Notes under the pieces: generated by a model
Seen by the model: only the letters and a program-made list of their open reading frames with translations
Told to the model about the DNA's origin: nothing
Database searches by the model: none
Program-made: the position numbers and the translations under genes
In this document: positions 1-13,212 of the stretch, piece after piece
How positions within the stretch are numbered: the first letter of the stretch is position 1
Layout: every line of letters begins with the position of its first letter
Source of the DNA: Phoronis australis
Lineage: Eukaryota > Animalia > Phoronida
Assembly: GCA_002633005.1 (NCBI GenBank)
Contig: NMRA01000721.1
Coordinates: 84,745-148,744, forward strand
Length of the DNA stretch: 64,000 bases
Reading direction: 5' to 3'

Positions 1-486
1 ATCTTAAATATCCTTAAATATCCTTAAATATCCTTAAATATCTTAAATATCTTTCAATATCCTTAAATATCCTTAAATATCCGTAAATTTCCTTAAATAT
101 CCTTAATTATCCTTAAATATCTCAAATGTCCTTAAATATCCTTAAATATCTTAAATATCCTCAAATATCCTTAAATATCCTTAAAAATCTTAAATATCCT
201 TAAGTATCCTTAAATATCCTTAAATATCTTAAATATCCTTAAATATCCTTAAAAATCTTAAATATCCTTAAATATCCTTAAATATCCTTAAATATGTCAA
301 ATATCCTTAAATATCCATAAATACCCTTAAACATCCTTAAAAATCTTAAATATCCTTAAATATCTTTAAAAATCTTAAATATCCTTAAATATTCTTAAAT
401 ATCCTTAAATATCCTTAAATATATTAAATATCCTTAAATATCCTTAAATATCCTTAAATATCCTTAAATATCCTTAAGTATCCTTA
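1..486. repeat. 10-bp tandem repeat (ATCCTTAAAT)n, truncated by window start
   Basis: Directly visible, roughly 48 slightly degenerate copies. Confidence 0.97.
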
Positions 487-1118
487 CAAAACATCACCGT
501 TTCAAATTACTGTCAGAATGTAATTTTACCTTACTAATAGCCGTTCATTCAATTGACGTTTTGTCGAAACACACGTTTGTGTACCATTCTTTGGACTCAA
601 AACCTGGTTATAAACTATAATTAATATAAAACGTTTCTTGTCGGCAATGTGCACGTGTTACTCTGGTGTCTTACGTTATACCATTACGTCTACGTCGTTC
701 TGATATTTGGTCTCTGAAAAGTCACCACTGCACATTAATACGAGTGCTTTTACCTTGGAACCCTGTCCATATTGGTGAAATTTTTGATGATACCGACTTG
801 AACATGGCAGCAGATTGCTGTTAGCATAAATAACTTAAAGTACGTTGATAACCACTATGGCATAATTATTTCAGCCCTTCATCAGGAAATTTACAGTATA
901 TTACATAGCCATGTGAGCTGGCAATCCCAAATTGGTTGGATTATTAGAGCTTGCTGTCAAGAATTGACATGGGATTTGGCGGTAATAGGCAGTGCGGACC
1001 AAAGCAAATGCGGTTCGACGTGTTTTGTAGATAGTGTATAGAACTGTTTCACCATATTACAGTTTGACGATGTATTCGTCTTTGTAGCGTAGGCTTTTTT
1101 CCAACAATGTTCTAAGAG

Positions 1119-1338
1119 TCACTCGAATTTCGGTGGGGTCTGAGAGTATTGAATTTTTATCCGGCAAGTCACGCATATTCCCTGACAATGGAGGTTGGCT
1201 CTACCTTTCGTTTTGTCATGCACTGCTTGCGCTAACAACGGCTGATCTACAAATTCAATTTTTAGGTGCCCGGATACTGCATTTGGCGGTACTCTAAGCT
1301 GAACCTCTTTCCACAAGATATTGCTCCATCAATAGTTG
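1119..1338 (-). pseudogene. Truncated, frameshifted paralogue of the ZU5-like exon at 29069-29913
   Basis: Same acceptor context (tttctatccctatag|CAACTATTGATGGAGCA). KEVQLRVPPNAVSGHLKIEFVDQPLLAQAVHDKTKGRANLHCQGICVTC aligns with KGVQLKVPPNAISGNIEIEFVDQLLLARAVHYDTQGRANLHSQRLCMTC. About 10 bp are deleted near 1320, shifting the frame; similarity ends and a stop follows at 1119. Confidence 0.85.
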
Positions 1339-1696
1339 CTATAGGGATAGAAATGATATCCGTTAGTTAGAATTGGAACGACGGCCAATTCAATTCATGG
1401 GTTTCTTATTTATTAGATCTTATCAGCAATCGCCTCAATGTGGAGACTTCGACACACGTTGTCTTGGTATTTTTGAGTTTGCGCTGTCAGTAACAATCAG
1501 GACGGGAAGGAAACCCCGCCTTCAATAAATCGTACTCAATGGCGCGTGAACAAATAACAATAATATAACAAATATCTCCATTAAACAAACATGGCGATGA
1601 TACCATAATGATGACGTATCACTGTCCCCTTACATGTGCATGTCAATAACTTGTGAAAGCCTGTAAATGCACGTCATCGACCGACGATAAAAATAC

Positions 1697-1778
1697 CCAC
1701 CATTTGCCTTTTGCGACAGGTCGTGCCTTCGAAGACGGTCGAACTTGTACTCAGTGTTTGAAGTGCTTGACTTGGAAG
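1697..1778 (-). CDS. 82-bp internal exon (LPSQALQTLSTSSTVFEGTTCRKRQMV-G), phase 0 to 1, preceding the ZU5-like exon; probably part of a pseudogenised paralogue
   Basis: tttcag acceptor, gtattt donor, open frame, phase compatible with the ZU5 exon; paralogues at 12697-12778 and 30193-30276. Confidence 0.6.
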
Positions 1779-2393
1779 CTGAAATTAATTAATGTCATCA
1801 GGTTCACTGCATTATTCAGAAAAAACTGGTTCACGAATCTGTGTCGGATGTTGTGCAACAGAACTCATGACGTTAGTTCATTTCCTGAACATGACCACTT
1901 TTTGGTTGCTCTGTAGTAATCGTCTGTGATTTGAGCTCCCCCACAGAAAATGTCTGGTTGAGCTGGATATAATTTGAATATGATACAGCCACGAAGTTTT
2001 ACTCCCTGGGTCTACGCCCAATGTCGGGAGTGGCAAAGATTTGTGGAAGGGCGCCGATTTCAACGGCTTTCCTATGAAGTTCTTGCAACTAGCTGTCATT
2101 TGATTCAAATAACCAACATCAACGATTTTTAAAAATTGATGGGGTTTTATTTCGCAGGATGGCCTTAGTCATCTCTAGATACTAACCATTACCATCAAAA
2201 AACCGATGCAATGAGGGTATTATTGATTTTCCAAAGTATACAGAATTGCAGACAAACCAGATCAGTACCAAACCATAATGAATTGATTTGGATTGTTGTA
2301 AAAACTGTTTACAACCGGTACATGTATAGCTGTAATACCACAATAGTTTAACGCAAGTAAGAAAGCGAGTAGAAATAGTCATTTGTACTTTAC

Positions 2394-2456
2394 CTTCTTT
2401 TTCCGTCACTTTTCCTGATGGGAACTGAACTGAACTTCCTGCGCCAATCTTTAGTC
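2394..2456 (-). CDS. 63-bp symmetric phase-1 exon (G-LKIGAGSSVQFPSGKVTEKE-G)
   Basis: tttgtttccattag acceptor, gtaaag donor, length a multiple of 3, open frame. Confidence 0.5.
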
Positions 2457-2737
2457 CTAATGGAAACAAACGAACAACAGTTTACTATAAACAGCGGAGG
2501 AAGAATGTCAACAAAATAAGCTTGGGTTTGGCACGATTTTTTTCCTCTGGCTGCAGACACTTCTAGTAAGCAAAGTAAACCGAGAGATATTCACACTCGT
2601 TTTTAATTCCAGATTTTTCTCAACCAAACTTTGATTTTTAGATTACACGGTATTTTTATTGAATGTGACGCATTTTGAAGAAAGAGCAACAAAACAATAA
2701 ATTGAAGAGGTAGGGTATGATACAAAAAATTGCATAC

Positions 2738-2845
2738 CTGCCATCGTACCCTGTTTTTTACCTCTTCTATAGCTATACTCAAATTCATCGGCATCATCAT
2801 AGATATCTGAGATCTGTCTTTCAATGTCACCACTGACATAGGGCT
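2738..2845 (-). CDS. 108-bp symmetric phase-1 exon (E-PYVSGDIERQISDIYDDADEFEYSYRRGKKQGTMA-G)
   Basis: gtatttcag acceptor, gtatgc donor, open frame; paralogues of identical length at 7616-7723 and 9232-9339. Confidence 0.65.
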
Positions 2846-3389
2846 CTGAAATACACAATTTACTGTATAAGCAACATTAAAGTGGAGACCATACAATTTA
2901 CAGTTAAATATCAAAAACGTGAATGTTAAAATGGCCTCAGTACAATTATGTCCATAAGCAAAATAAAACTTCGCGTAGTAACGCATGAATGCTGATCCCC
3001 TGCGTAAAGTACATGACATACATGTACATGTAATCCCACACAACAGGAAATCCTCGGAGCTAACATGTAACGCGACTCTCTAAGGCTTTTGTTGAGCTTA
3101 TGTGACAAGTCTGTCCATATGGCTCTGTCGTCTGCTTGATACAGGATCATCTTGCTAATGTGTATCATGAAGATCATGGTCACGTGACCTGATTCATTAT
3201 GCACTATGCTTGGTGACAAGTGTGACCATCTCTTTATATTTCAACCTGGATGTGAGTGAAATTGGTGAAGACTAGGGGCGTGTATTATCTGCAATTCTAC
3301 ATGTACCTCACCTACATTGCACCACATACAGAAGAGGTATTTTCACTCGTCTTTTCGGATTTGGGCTAGTAAAAAGTGATATTCGAAAA

Positions 3390-5285
3390 GGGGCGTCGCA
3401 ACTCCATTGCGGCAGTTGAGAGTGACCCAATTTCTAGGTGGTATTCAACTTTTCTGCTAGCTTTTACGATTGTTTTTCACCCGTAATTTCGAGTTCATGG
3501 AGTTAACGTTGTCACCAGTGCCAATGGTTGGTGGCATCTTCTGCCGTGCACTAAAATGGGTGAGCTATTGAAACAGATATTTCAAGGCCACAAGGCTGCC
3601 ACAAGCCACTATAATACTCAATGAATTTATCTGTCAAAGGAACCATCTCTTCCTGCAGTCATAGGAGCCAAGTCCTGTCCTTGTCAACATCCGAATTTGA
3701 AGTAACGCCTGCTCTTCAGGTTACATTTTATGGAAATGTTTCACGTACATTGTATGGCACATATTCAGAGCCAAGTAAGCACACGTCATTATCACGTGGT
3801 ATCTTGTTGCTAACCAACATGTTTTCCACATTTAGTATTTTTTTCCAGTGCTGGGAAAATTTGTTTTATTTTAAGTCTTTTGGTTTCATATAAATCTCCT
3901 TAGGTAATATAAAGTAAAATAGACATGATTTGTAAAATAAGTGGATTATGTTTGTCAACAGTCGAGCCTGAACATATATGTTACTGTAACATAAAAAGTT
4001 GGAAAATACACATGGTCAATAAAACAACTCATGTTATGGTAATCAAACTATTTAGGCTGTCTCGTCCCTGTCGTTCAGATAGGTGAATGGGAAGTAGTTC
4101 CGTCCAAGAATGCAAATTTCAGTTCTGTCGGTCCGACGGCTACGAGAGGTGTAGTTAGCGGAGAGGTACTTTACTCTTGGCGTTGGAAGCTGTGCATGTA
4201 ATTATGACACCGTGTTTCTACATTGTAATGCTTAGCTTCACCATTGTCTATATGCTTCCAATTTTGTCTTGAGGAATTTCAATTATTATCTCAACCTATT
4301 GTTCAAGCGTTGTCTGCGGAGTGAACTGTTGCGTGCCCTTCTTGCTTAGTGAGCAGACGTGAACTGAATTGTCTCAAAACCCTCGCCGACCAACTAGTAC
4401 TCTCCCATCACAAATAGCACTGCCCCTACAGGGAATACCTAGCATACCTAACAGAGAGTCAAAAAGACCGTAGGTGAAAAGTTGTCCAGATCTTAAAGGT
4501 TTACTCAAGGTGCTGGAGTTGACGTCACGTAGCCAGTTTGCCCCAGTTAAAGATATTTAGGAAGTTACATTGCACAGTTCTAGGTTGTGCGAGATTTAGG
4601 AACAGAGTAAAAATATTAAACACAAACAATTAAGTCACAAATGGAGCAAAATTATTTGTTTTAAGCGAGGATATGGACGGAACACGTTTCGCATGTAAAA
4701 TCAACCTTTACTGGAAAAGAAGGTGTCCAGTAATAATATGCCAGATACCACTACCAAGTGAGGCGTTTGCTAGAATCATAACCGAACGAAAGACAACACG
4801 AGTTTTTGGTAAGAAATCTAACTCTTTTTCAGACGCAGACATAGAGGAAATTTTCTGATCGAAATAACATGTATCTTCACTCCTATAAAGCGTCTCAACT
4901 CCGTTGCAGCATCATAGAGCGACCCAATTTCTAGCTCGTACATAATTTTTTTCACTTTCTTTCAATTGAGTTTTTCACTCCTAATTTTATTTCAAGTCCA
5001 CAGGGTAAACGTTGTCACCAGTGCCAGTGGTTGGTAGCATCTTCAGCGTGCACTAAGAATGGAATTGATATTACTAGGTCAAAAGTGTACCACAAACACC
5101 TATAATACTCAACTTATCTTTCAAAGGAACCATTTTCTTTCCCCAGTTTCAGGAGCCCAGTTCTGGCCTTGTTAACATCCGAAGTAGCAGTGACACCTGA
5201 TCTACCCGCGACACTTTGTGGTATATTTTTGCACGTGTCATTTTGTTGCTGACCACATGTATTTTTGCATATTTGGCATTATTTT
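3390..5285. repeat. Diverged direct duplication (about 3395-3845 vs 4895-5285)
   Basis: Shared blocks gacccaatttctag, aacgttgtcaccagtgcca(a/g)tggttggt, tataatactcaa, caaaggaaccat, aggagcc. Confidence 0.8.
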
Positions 5286-5820
5286 TTCCGAAAGAGCACT
5301 CGATTCATCAATTATGCAATTCCGCATAAAGTCGACTATTTTGAGGCTTTCAAATTCCTGCAAGACCTGTTGTTTAACACCTAACCACCACTAAACACAA
5401 TTCTTTCTTCCGATACGTCATCAATTTCATGCATCAATACGTCATCTGGCCTTCTCATACAATGCCTTGAGTGCGTGTTTTGACATGGCCCGAGTACTGC
5501 GGGTATTTTTTATCCAAGCCTGCGCTACACTCACTGCAAGGTCCTTATGAAATTTAGAAACTGCATTCGTATGAACGTGATTTCAAAAACAGGTGTACCA
5601 ATTTCATGTTTTATGTTTGACTCTTCAGCTACTAGTAGGAAGATTTCGACGCAATCTGTTTTAGGAAGGTTTTTGAGATCTTGCGTCACTTGGTAGCAAT
5701 TTTGTGTTATAATGAACATTTCTAGAAGCATGCTTTTGGCCGATGCATTTGCGATTATTTAACGATTTGCATTATTTTAGTTTATTTGTTATGTTTAGTT
5801 TGTGGAGAACAAGTGTTCCG

Positions 5821-6043
5821 AACATAGTTTAACATTTAACATATTTTAACATTTAACATAGTTTAACATTTAACATAGTTTAACATTTAACATAGTTTAA
5901 CATTTAACATAGTTTAACATTTAACATAGTTTAACATTTAACGTAGTTTAACATTTAACGTAGTTGAACATTTAACGTAGTTTAACAATTGACGTAGTTT
6001 AACATTTAACATAGTTTAACATTTAACATAGTTTAACATTTAA
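5821..6043. repeat. 17-bp tandem repeat (AACATAGTTTAACATTT)n
   Basis: Directly visible, about 13 copies. Confidence 0.95.
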
Positions 6044-7615
6044 ATCTGCATAGAAATAAGAAAAATATCCTGGAGCACTGTTTGGTGTTCCAAAGATTGC
6101 CAAGGTTAGACTTGTCACATAAATGTTTGCTAAACCATGTTTACTTGAAAATAGTAAAAAAACACCTACTGCTCTTTAAGATCGGTTAAAATGTGGTTGT
6201 GTAAAGAAGTTGTTTAGCAAAAGTGGCTATGATTTTAGCCAAGATGTGTTTGAGAAAGATCACACCAATTCCAAAATACAAAACTTAAAAATTCACATTT
6301 CTGAGACAAAATCAAAAGGATTCAGTCCGAGTTTCATATTAGGTGGCAATTTGCTTGAAATTATTGTGTACATCTGTTTGATGCAAAACCGTGGTAACCT
6401 CAGTAAAAAATTGGCATTTGATCGTGGTTCCCTGGGTCATGGTCACCGCTTGCTGATTACTAATAATAATTAAATCAAATAGATACTGGAATGCCGTGCA
6501 GTTATCGACGGATAAAAACATAAATTACTGAAATAGTAAAACTATGACCGGTATTGTTAACGCTGGTCTTCTGTGCGATTTTATTTACTTCCATCTACAC
6601 ATTTCCGGTAGTGTGTGTCATACATGTACCCTTGACCGAGAGCGCATTGCTCGAAGGGTGTTGAATATTTAATATATTTTAGTACTGACGCTGATCGTTG
6701 TATTTCTACTAGTTTTATTGATTAATGTTTGTTATGATGTTAGGTCTCAGTAAAACTTTACTTGTACAAGGTTTCACTCACGTGTCAGATTTACTGTTGA
6801 GCAAACTGACGGCTACATTTAGGGGCGTGCCTGCACAAAAATGACTCAGGGCCTCAACTTGCGGTCACGAGAGCGAACACAATTGTGACAGCTGCCAAAC
6901 TCACGTAAGACGTTTTTTATGCATACACGTGGTCTTAGGAACATTGAAACTTGAAATCATTCCTGTAAAACAGATTCCTGAGGAATTTTTAGGATTCTGA
7001 AAGACACTAGAACTGAAAAATAATAAATGGGTAATTTGGCAAGAACTTTTCTCACTAGACTCAATGTGCTTCATACAGACAGCACTTTGTTATGTCATCG
7101 TTTCCCTATTTAAATTATAAGGCTGGTATCAGTGTCACCATCAAGGACTGTCGTTTGATTTGAAATAAAATTCGGGTATTAAGTGGTCTAGCTGGCCCTC
7201 GATGTTTTTCAGTCACAGTTAAATTCGAACTCGACAGACTTCAATAACTTGCGCCTGCAGGGTTGGCTGGACATTTTAATTTGCACGTGACGGCTACGAC
7301 TACCATTTGCTTGTTCTGAGTATCTGAATGTTGCCCATCAAACTTATACCCACGTTTTGATCTGACTTCACTTTTCCTAAACATTCAGTGCTTGCAAGCG
7401 AGATAGCCAGATTCTTTGTTTTTCTTGAACCTGGGTCATTTTAAAGAAACAATTATTTGAAAATTAATCGTAACGTATACATGATGACATTTTGCCTTCA
7501 ACAAGAAATAAATACGCTTGTCTGTGTTCTTTTTATTAAAATACAATTAACCTCCATTGTTGTGTACAATAGTTTCTCCAGTATTCAAACATGTGATTTT
7601 ACACGACATGCATAC

Positions 7616-7723
7616 CTGCTGTCGTAGCCACTTTCTGGTCAGATTTCTTGCGATAAAAAGCATGAGACCTATCAAGAGAGATTGTTGAGAACTGCCTGTC
7701 AATGTCAGCAATGCCACGAGGTT
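7616..7723 (-). CDS. 108-bp exon paralogue (E-PRGIADIDRQFSTISLDRSHAFYRKKSDQKVATTA-G)
   Basis: atatttcag acceptor and gtatgc donor; same length and phase as 2738-2845. Confidence 0.55.
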
Positions 7724-9231
7724 CTGAAATATAACACTTACTATAAACGGCATGGTAAAAGTGGAGAACATTAAACTTACAAGGAAACACATGATTGTAG
7801 TCTGCTTGATAGAAAGCCATCTTGCTAACGTATATCATGAAGACCATGGTCGCAAAGGCCTGCTTCATCGTGAATTTTCCTCGGTGACATCTGTGACCAT
7901 CTTTTTGTATTTGCGAAATTGATGACGACTGCTGGCGTGTAATTGTTGAAGTGCAGTTCTATCAGACCTAGATTGGCGCAAAGCTGTATTATAAATACAC
8001 CAAACTGGTCCATGTATTGTCACTGCCATGTTTTGAACAGAGTACATGAAGCGACAATGCAGCTCTACCACTATAATAACAATATGAATATTAAAGTTAC
8101 CACAATACAAAGTTTCCAAGGTCAAAACTACAGGTGCTAGCCCTGCTCCTCTGTTTACACAATATTTCTACAAGGAACAATTTGTGTAGGATAAACTCAA
8201 TTAAAGTATACTCGTGACGCAACGCTTAAGTGGAAATAATCCTGAGGATTTTGTGGACTCTGAAATACACAAGGACACAAAAATAAAAAAGGGTTGATTT
8301 GGCAAAACCATCTCACACAAAACACAATATATTCTATAACGCAGTCAAATTTGAAACCAAAAAATCACCCATTGCGTTAAAATCGTTGGTAGAAATGTTT
8401 GGTATGCAGAAAGTTACTAACTGTCAAATGTTAAAGAAGCAGATGATTAGTCTCGTTCTGTTGAAGACTTGCTACGATGATGACCGGTTCTAGACCTTGA
8501 CAAGATCGAAAAATTNNNNNNNNNNNNNNNNNNNNNNNNNNNNNNNNNNNNNNNGTTTTTTTACATTCAAATTTAAGCGCCCATAGCGGTAACCCGGACG
8601 AGCACGGTACTCAAGGTTGATTGTTCAGAATTATTTTAAAGGCTTACAATTTAGCATAAGGAATTTCCAAAAACAGGACTCAAATCGTTGTTTGAAAATA
8701 ACATGAAGAAAAAACTTAAAGGATTCTGATATAGTCTTCATCTTGAACATCTACCTTAAACGAAAATTAGCCATGTTATTAAACGTTTGCAATAGTTTTC
8801 AAAGAATAAGTCTATGTCATAGGTATATTTTGTCAATGGAAAGTTACCACTACACAATATTTCGAGTACATTGTACTTGGAACACTGTCCATGCATGTGA
8901 GATTTTTCAAGATACAGACCAAAACATGACCGTAGTTCGTTGTTAGCAGACAGAACACGCAAGAATACAATACGTTGATAACCAGTCCTTCAGCGAACGG
9001 TTTTACCGCGTATTGCATAGCCACAACACCACATGACCATGTGTATTGCAAACTGAATCATCGCATTAGCGTGTATTACATAGTCACATCACCATCTGAT
9101 CATGTATTACATAGCCCAACACCATAAATACGCTTGTCTTTGTTCTTTTTATTAAGATACAATTAACCTCCAATGTTGTTTACAATGGTTTTTCCAGTAT
9201 TCAAACAAGTGATTTTACACAACATGCATAC

Positions 9232-9339
9232 CTGCTGTCGTAGCCACTTTCTGGTCAGATTTCCTGCGATACACAGCGTGAGACCCATCAAAAGAGATTG
9301 TTGGGATCAGCTTGTGAATGTCAGCAATGCCACGAGGCT
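9232..9339 (-). CDS. 108-bp exon paralogue (E-PRGIADIHKLIPTISFDGSHAVYRRKSDQKVATTA-G)
   Basis: Same splice signals, length and phase as 7616-7723. Confidence 0.55.
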
Positions 9340-11204
9340 CTGAAATATAAGACTTACTATAAACGCCATGGTAAAAGTGGAGAACATTAAACTTACAAGG
9401 AAACACATGATGGTAGTCTGCTTGATAGAAAGCCATCTTGCAAACGTATATCATGAAGACCATTGTCGCAAAGGCCTGCTTCATCGTGAATTTTCCTCGG
9501 TGACATCTGTGACCATCTTTTTGTATTTGTGAAATTGATGACGACTGCTGGCGTGTAATTGTTAAAGTGCAGTTCTATCACACCTAGATTGGCGCAAAGC
9601 TGTATTATAAATACACCAAACTGGTCCATGTATTGTCACTGCCATGTTTTGAATATAGTAGATGAAGCGACAATGCAGCTCTACCACTATAATAACAATA
9701 TGAATATTAAAGTGGTCACAATACAAAGTTTCCAAGGTCAAAACTACAGGTGCTAGCCCTGCTCCTCTGTTTACACAATATTTCTACAACGAACAATTTG
9801 TGTAGGATAAACTCACTTAAAGTATACTTGTGACGCAACGCTTAAGTGAAATTTATCCCCAGGATTTTGTGGACTCTGAAATACACAAGGACAAAAAAGT
9901 AAAAAAAAAATGGTTGATTTGGCAAAACCATCTCTCACAAAACACAATATATTCCATAACGCAGTCAAATTTGAAACCAAAAAATCACCCATTGCGTTAA
10001 AATCGTTGGTAGAAATGTTTGGTACATGTATGCAGAAAGTTACAAACTGTCAAATGTTAAAGAAGCAGATGATTAGTCCGGTTCTGTTGAAGACTTGCTA
10101 CGATGATGACCGGTTCTAGACCTTGACAAGATCGAAAAATTACGACAGGAAAACGTTTCCACCAAAATGTATCGCAACCCTTGTCACGATTCCCGATTAC
10201 GTGGCAGTAAATTGACAAGTCTGTGTATGTGACTGTGTAGTCAGGTTGGCACACGGCCATCTTGTGTATAATGAAGGCAATGCTAATGGGGAACTGTCAC
10301 AACAGACACTGTCCTCGTCAACAACTGTGGCCCTTTCTTTGAATTTCAGTGAATCCGTGGCAACGTGGGTTTGAGTGAAATTTATAACGAGTGACGAAAG
10401 GGAGTGGTAGTACCACACCTATACTCGGACAAAGCGTTGTTATGTACACCCTGCTGGCCGGTATATTCCCATGGGTATATTTTGATTGTAATTTTCAGAC
10501 ACAACAGACTGGTTCAAAACTTTCCTTATCATAAAGAAAACAATGCCCATGGTAGGCTTACTGCACACCCCGGTTTTTTTACATTCAAATTTAAGCGCCC
10601 ATAGCGGTAACCCGGACGAGCACGGTACTCAAGGTTGATTGTTCAGAATNGAAAACACTGCCCATCGTAGGCTTACTGCACACCCCGTTTTTTTAGATTC
10701 AAATTTAAGCGCCCATAGCGGTAACCCGGACGAGCACGGTACTCAAGTTTGATTGTTCAGAATTATTTTAAAGGCTTACAATTTAGCATGAGGAATTTCC
10801 AAAAACAGAACTCAAATCGTTGTTTGAAATTAACATGAAGAAAAAACTTAAAGGACTCTGATATAGTCTTCATCTTGAATATCTACTTTAAACGAAAATT
10901 AGCCATGTTATTAAACGTTTGCAATAGTTTTCAAGGAATAAGTCTATGTCATAGGTATATTTTGTCAATGGAAAGTTACCGCTACACAATATTTCGAGTA
11001 CATTGTACTTGGAACACTGTCCATGCTTGTGAGATTTTTCAAGATACAGACCAAAACATAACCGTAGTTCGTTGTTAGCAGACAGATCACGCAAGAATAC
11101 AATACGTTGATAACCAGTCCTTCAGCGAACGGTTTTACCGCGTATTGCATAGCCACAACACCACATGACCATGGGTATTGCAAACTGAATCATCGCATTA
11201 GCGT

Positions 11205-12441
11205 GTATTACATAGTTACATCACCATCTGATCATGTATTACATAGCCACATCACCACATGACCATGTATTACATAGCCACATCACCACATGACCATGTA
11301 TTACATAGCCACATCACCACATGACCATGCATTACATAGCCACATCACCACATGACCATGTGTTAATAAGCCATATCACCGCATGACCATGTATTACATA
11401 GCCACATCACCACATGACCATGTAATACATAGCCACATCACCACATTACCATGTGTTAGATAGCCACATCACCACATGACCATGCATTACGTAGCCACAT
11501 CACCACATGACCATGTATTACATAGCCACATCACCACATGACCATGTGTTAATAAGCCACATCACCGCATGACCATGTATTACATAGCCACATCACCACA
11601 TGACCATGTATTACATAGCCACATCACCACATGACCATGTATTACATAGCCACATCACCACATGACCATGTATTACATAGCCACATCACCACATTACCAT
11701 GTATTACATAGCCACATCACCACATGACCATGTATTACATAGCCACATCACCACATGACCATGTATTACATAGCCACATCACCACATGACCATGTATTAC
11801 ATAGCCACATCACCACATGACCATGTATTACATAGCCACATCACCACATGACCATGTATTACATAGCCACATCACCACATGACCATGTATTACATAGCCA
11901 CATCACCACATGACCATGTATTACATAGCCACATCACCACATGACCATGTATTACATAGCCACATCACCACATGACCATGTATTACATAGCCACATCACC
12001 ACATGACCATGTATTACATAGCCACATCACCACATGACCATGTATTACATAGCCACATCACCACATGACCATGTATTACATAGCCACATCACCACATGAC
12101 CATGTATTACATAGCCACATCACCACATGACCATGTATTACATAGCCACATCACCACGTGACCATGTATTACATAGCCACATCACCACATTACCATGTAT
12201 TATATAGCCACATCACCACATTACCATGTATTACATGGCCACATCACCGCATCACCATGTATTACATAGCCACATCACCACATGACCATGTATTACATAG
12301 CCACATCACCACATGACCATGTATTACATAGCCACATCACCACATGACCATGTATTACATAGCAACATCACCACATGACCATGTATTACATAGTCACATC
12401 ACCGCATGACTATGTATTACATAGCCACATCATCACATGTA
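11205..12441. repeat. 31-bp minisatellite (TATTACATAGCCACATCACCACATGACCATG)n, about 40 copies
   Basis: Directly visible; short arrays at 9015-9125 and 22853-23003, monomer remnants at about 899-915 and 14620-14640. Confidence 0.97.
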
Positions 12442-12696
12442 TTGGTTCTTGTGAGGATTTGAAATTACTGTCAATTAAATTCCTGTTTTCTTACTAAGTA
12501 GCTTTTAGTAGCGATCACTTCATTGTTCAGACTTAGACACATACACTGTGTTGCCCAAGTAATTCTGCATTTCCGTTTTCAATAATAATCCAGGAATGAG
12601 AAGGTGACGATGGCACTCTTTGTCCTTTTTATCGCAATAAGTTGGCGGGTAATAGACCATGTGTGAGAGTAGCTATTCGGTTTACGAGAAAAATTC

Positions 12697-12778
12697 TAAT
12701 CATTCTGTTTTTTGGAAAGAACAGTCTTTTGAATACGGCCGACCTCGTTCCCAGTGCCCGGACAACTTGACTTGGAAG
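12697..12778 (-). pseudogene. Pseudo-exon paralogue of the 82-bp exon (LPSQVVRALGTRSAVFKRLFFPKNRMI), donor GT mutated to GA
   Basis: Aligns with 1697-1778 and 30193-30276; the downstream ZU5 exon is absent and the 31-bp satellite lies in its place. Confidence 0.6.
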
Positions 12779-13077
12779 CTATATATGTATTGTTCGTGAA
12801 TTTGTGTCAAATGTTGTACATGATCCTTTTTGGTTGTTCCGTAGTAATCGTCTGTAGGCTGAACTCTATCACAGAAATGTCTGGTCGAGCTCACATTTGG
12901 ATCTATATTTAATATTCATACCCCCATAATTTTACACTCTATTTTTAAGAAGAACATCGGGAATTCTTAGACACTCCTGAAGGGGCGCCGCACGGCCTAC
13001 AGCAGTTCCTGTACATGTCGTTTGATTCAAAAGACCAACTTGAAAATTCCTGAAAATTTTCTGGGCGTTTTGTTCGC

Positions 13078-13212
13078 AGGTGGTCCTAATGATCTCACGA
13101 TACAGGATGGTCCTACTGATCTGACGATACAGGGTGGTGCTACTGATCTCAGGATAGAGGGTGATCCTACTAATTTGACGATACAGGGAGGTCCTGCTGA
13201 TCTCACGATACT
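13078..13212. repeat. 27-bp tandem repeat (GGGTGGTCCTACTGATCTCACGATACA), about 5 copies
   Basis: Directly visible; related array at 30458-30660. Confidence 0.9.

Larger units (their letters stand above)
7510..11250. repeat. Near-identical tandem segmental duplicates (7510-8515 vs 9127-10141; 8554-9120 vs 10686-11250; 10545-10649 vs 10658-10762)
   Basis: Paired near-identical ORF translations in the track; the N-gap at 8516-8553 and the single n at 10650 lie at junctions, so haplotype or assembly redundancy may contribute. Confidence 0.9.

Noticed and set aside
4032-4454. Solo LTR (TGTTA...TAACA)
   Set aside because: No matching target-site duplication and no second copy in the window.
11205-12441. 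CRISPR-like array
   Set aside because: Head-to-tail 31-bp units with no unique spacers, no cas genes, eukaryotic context.
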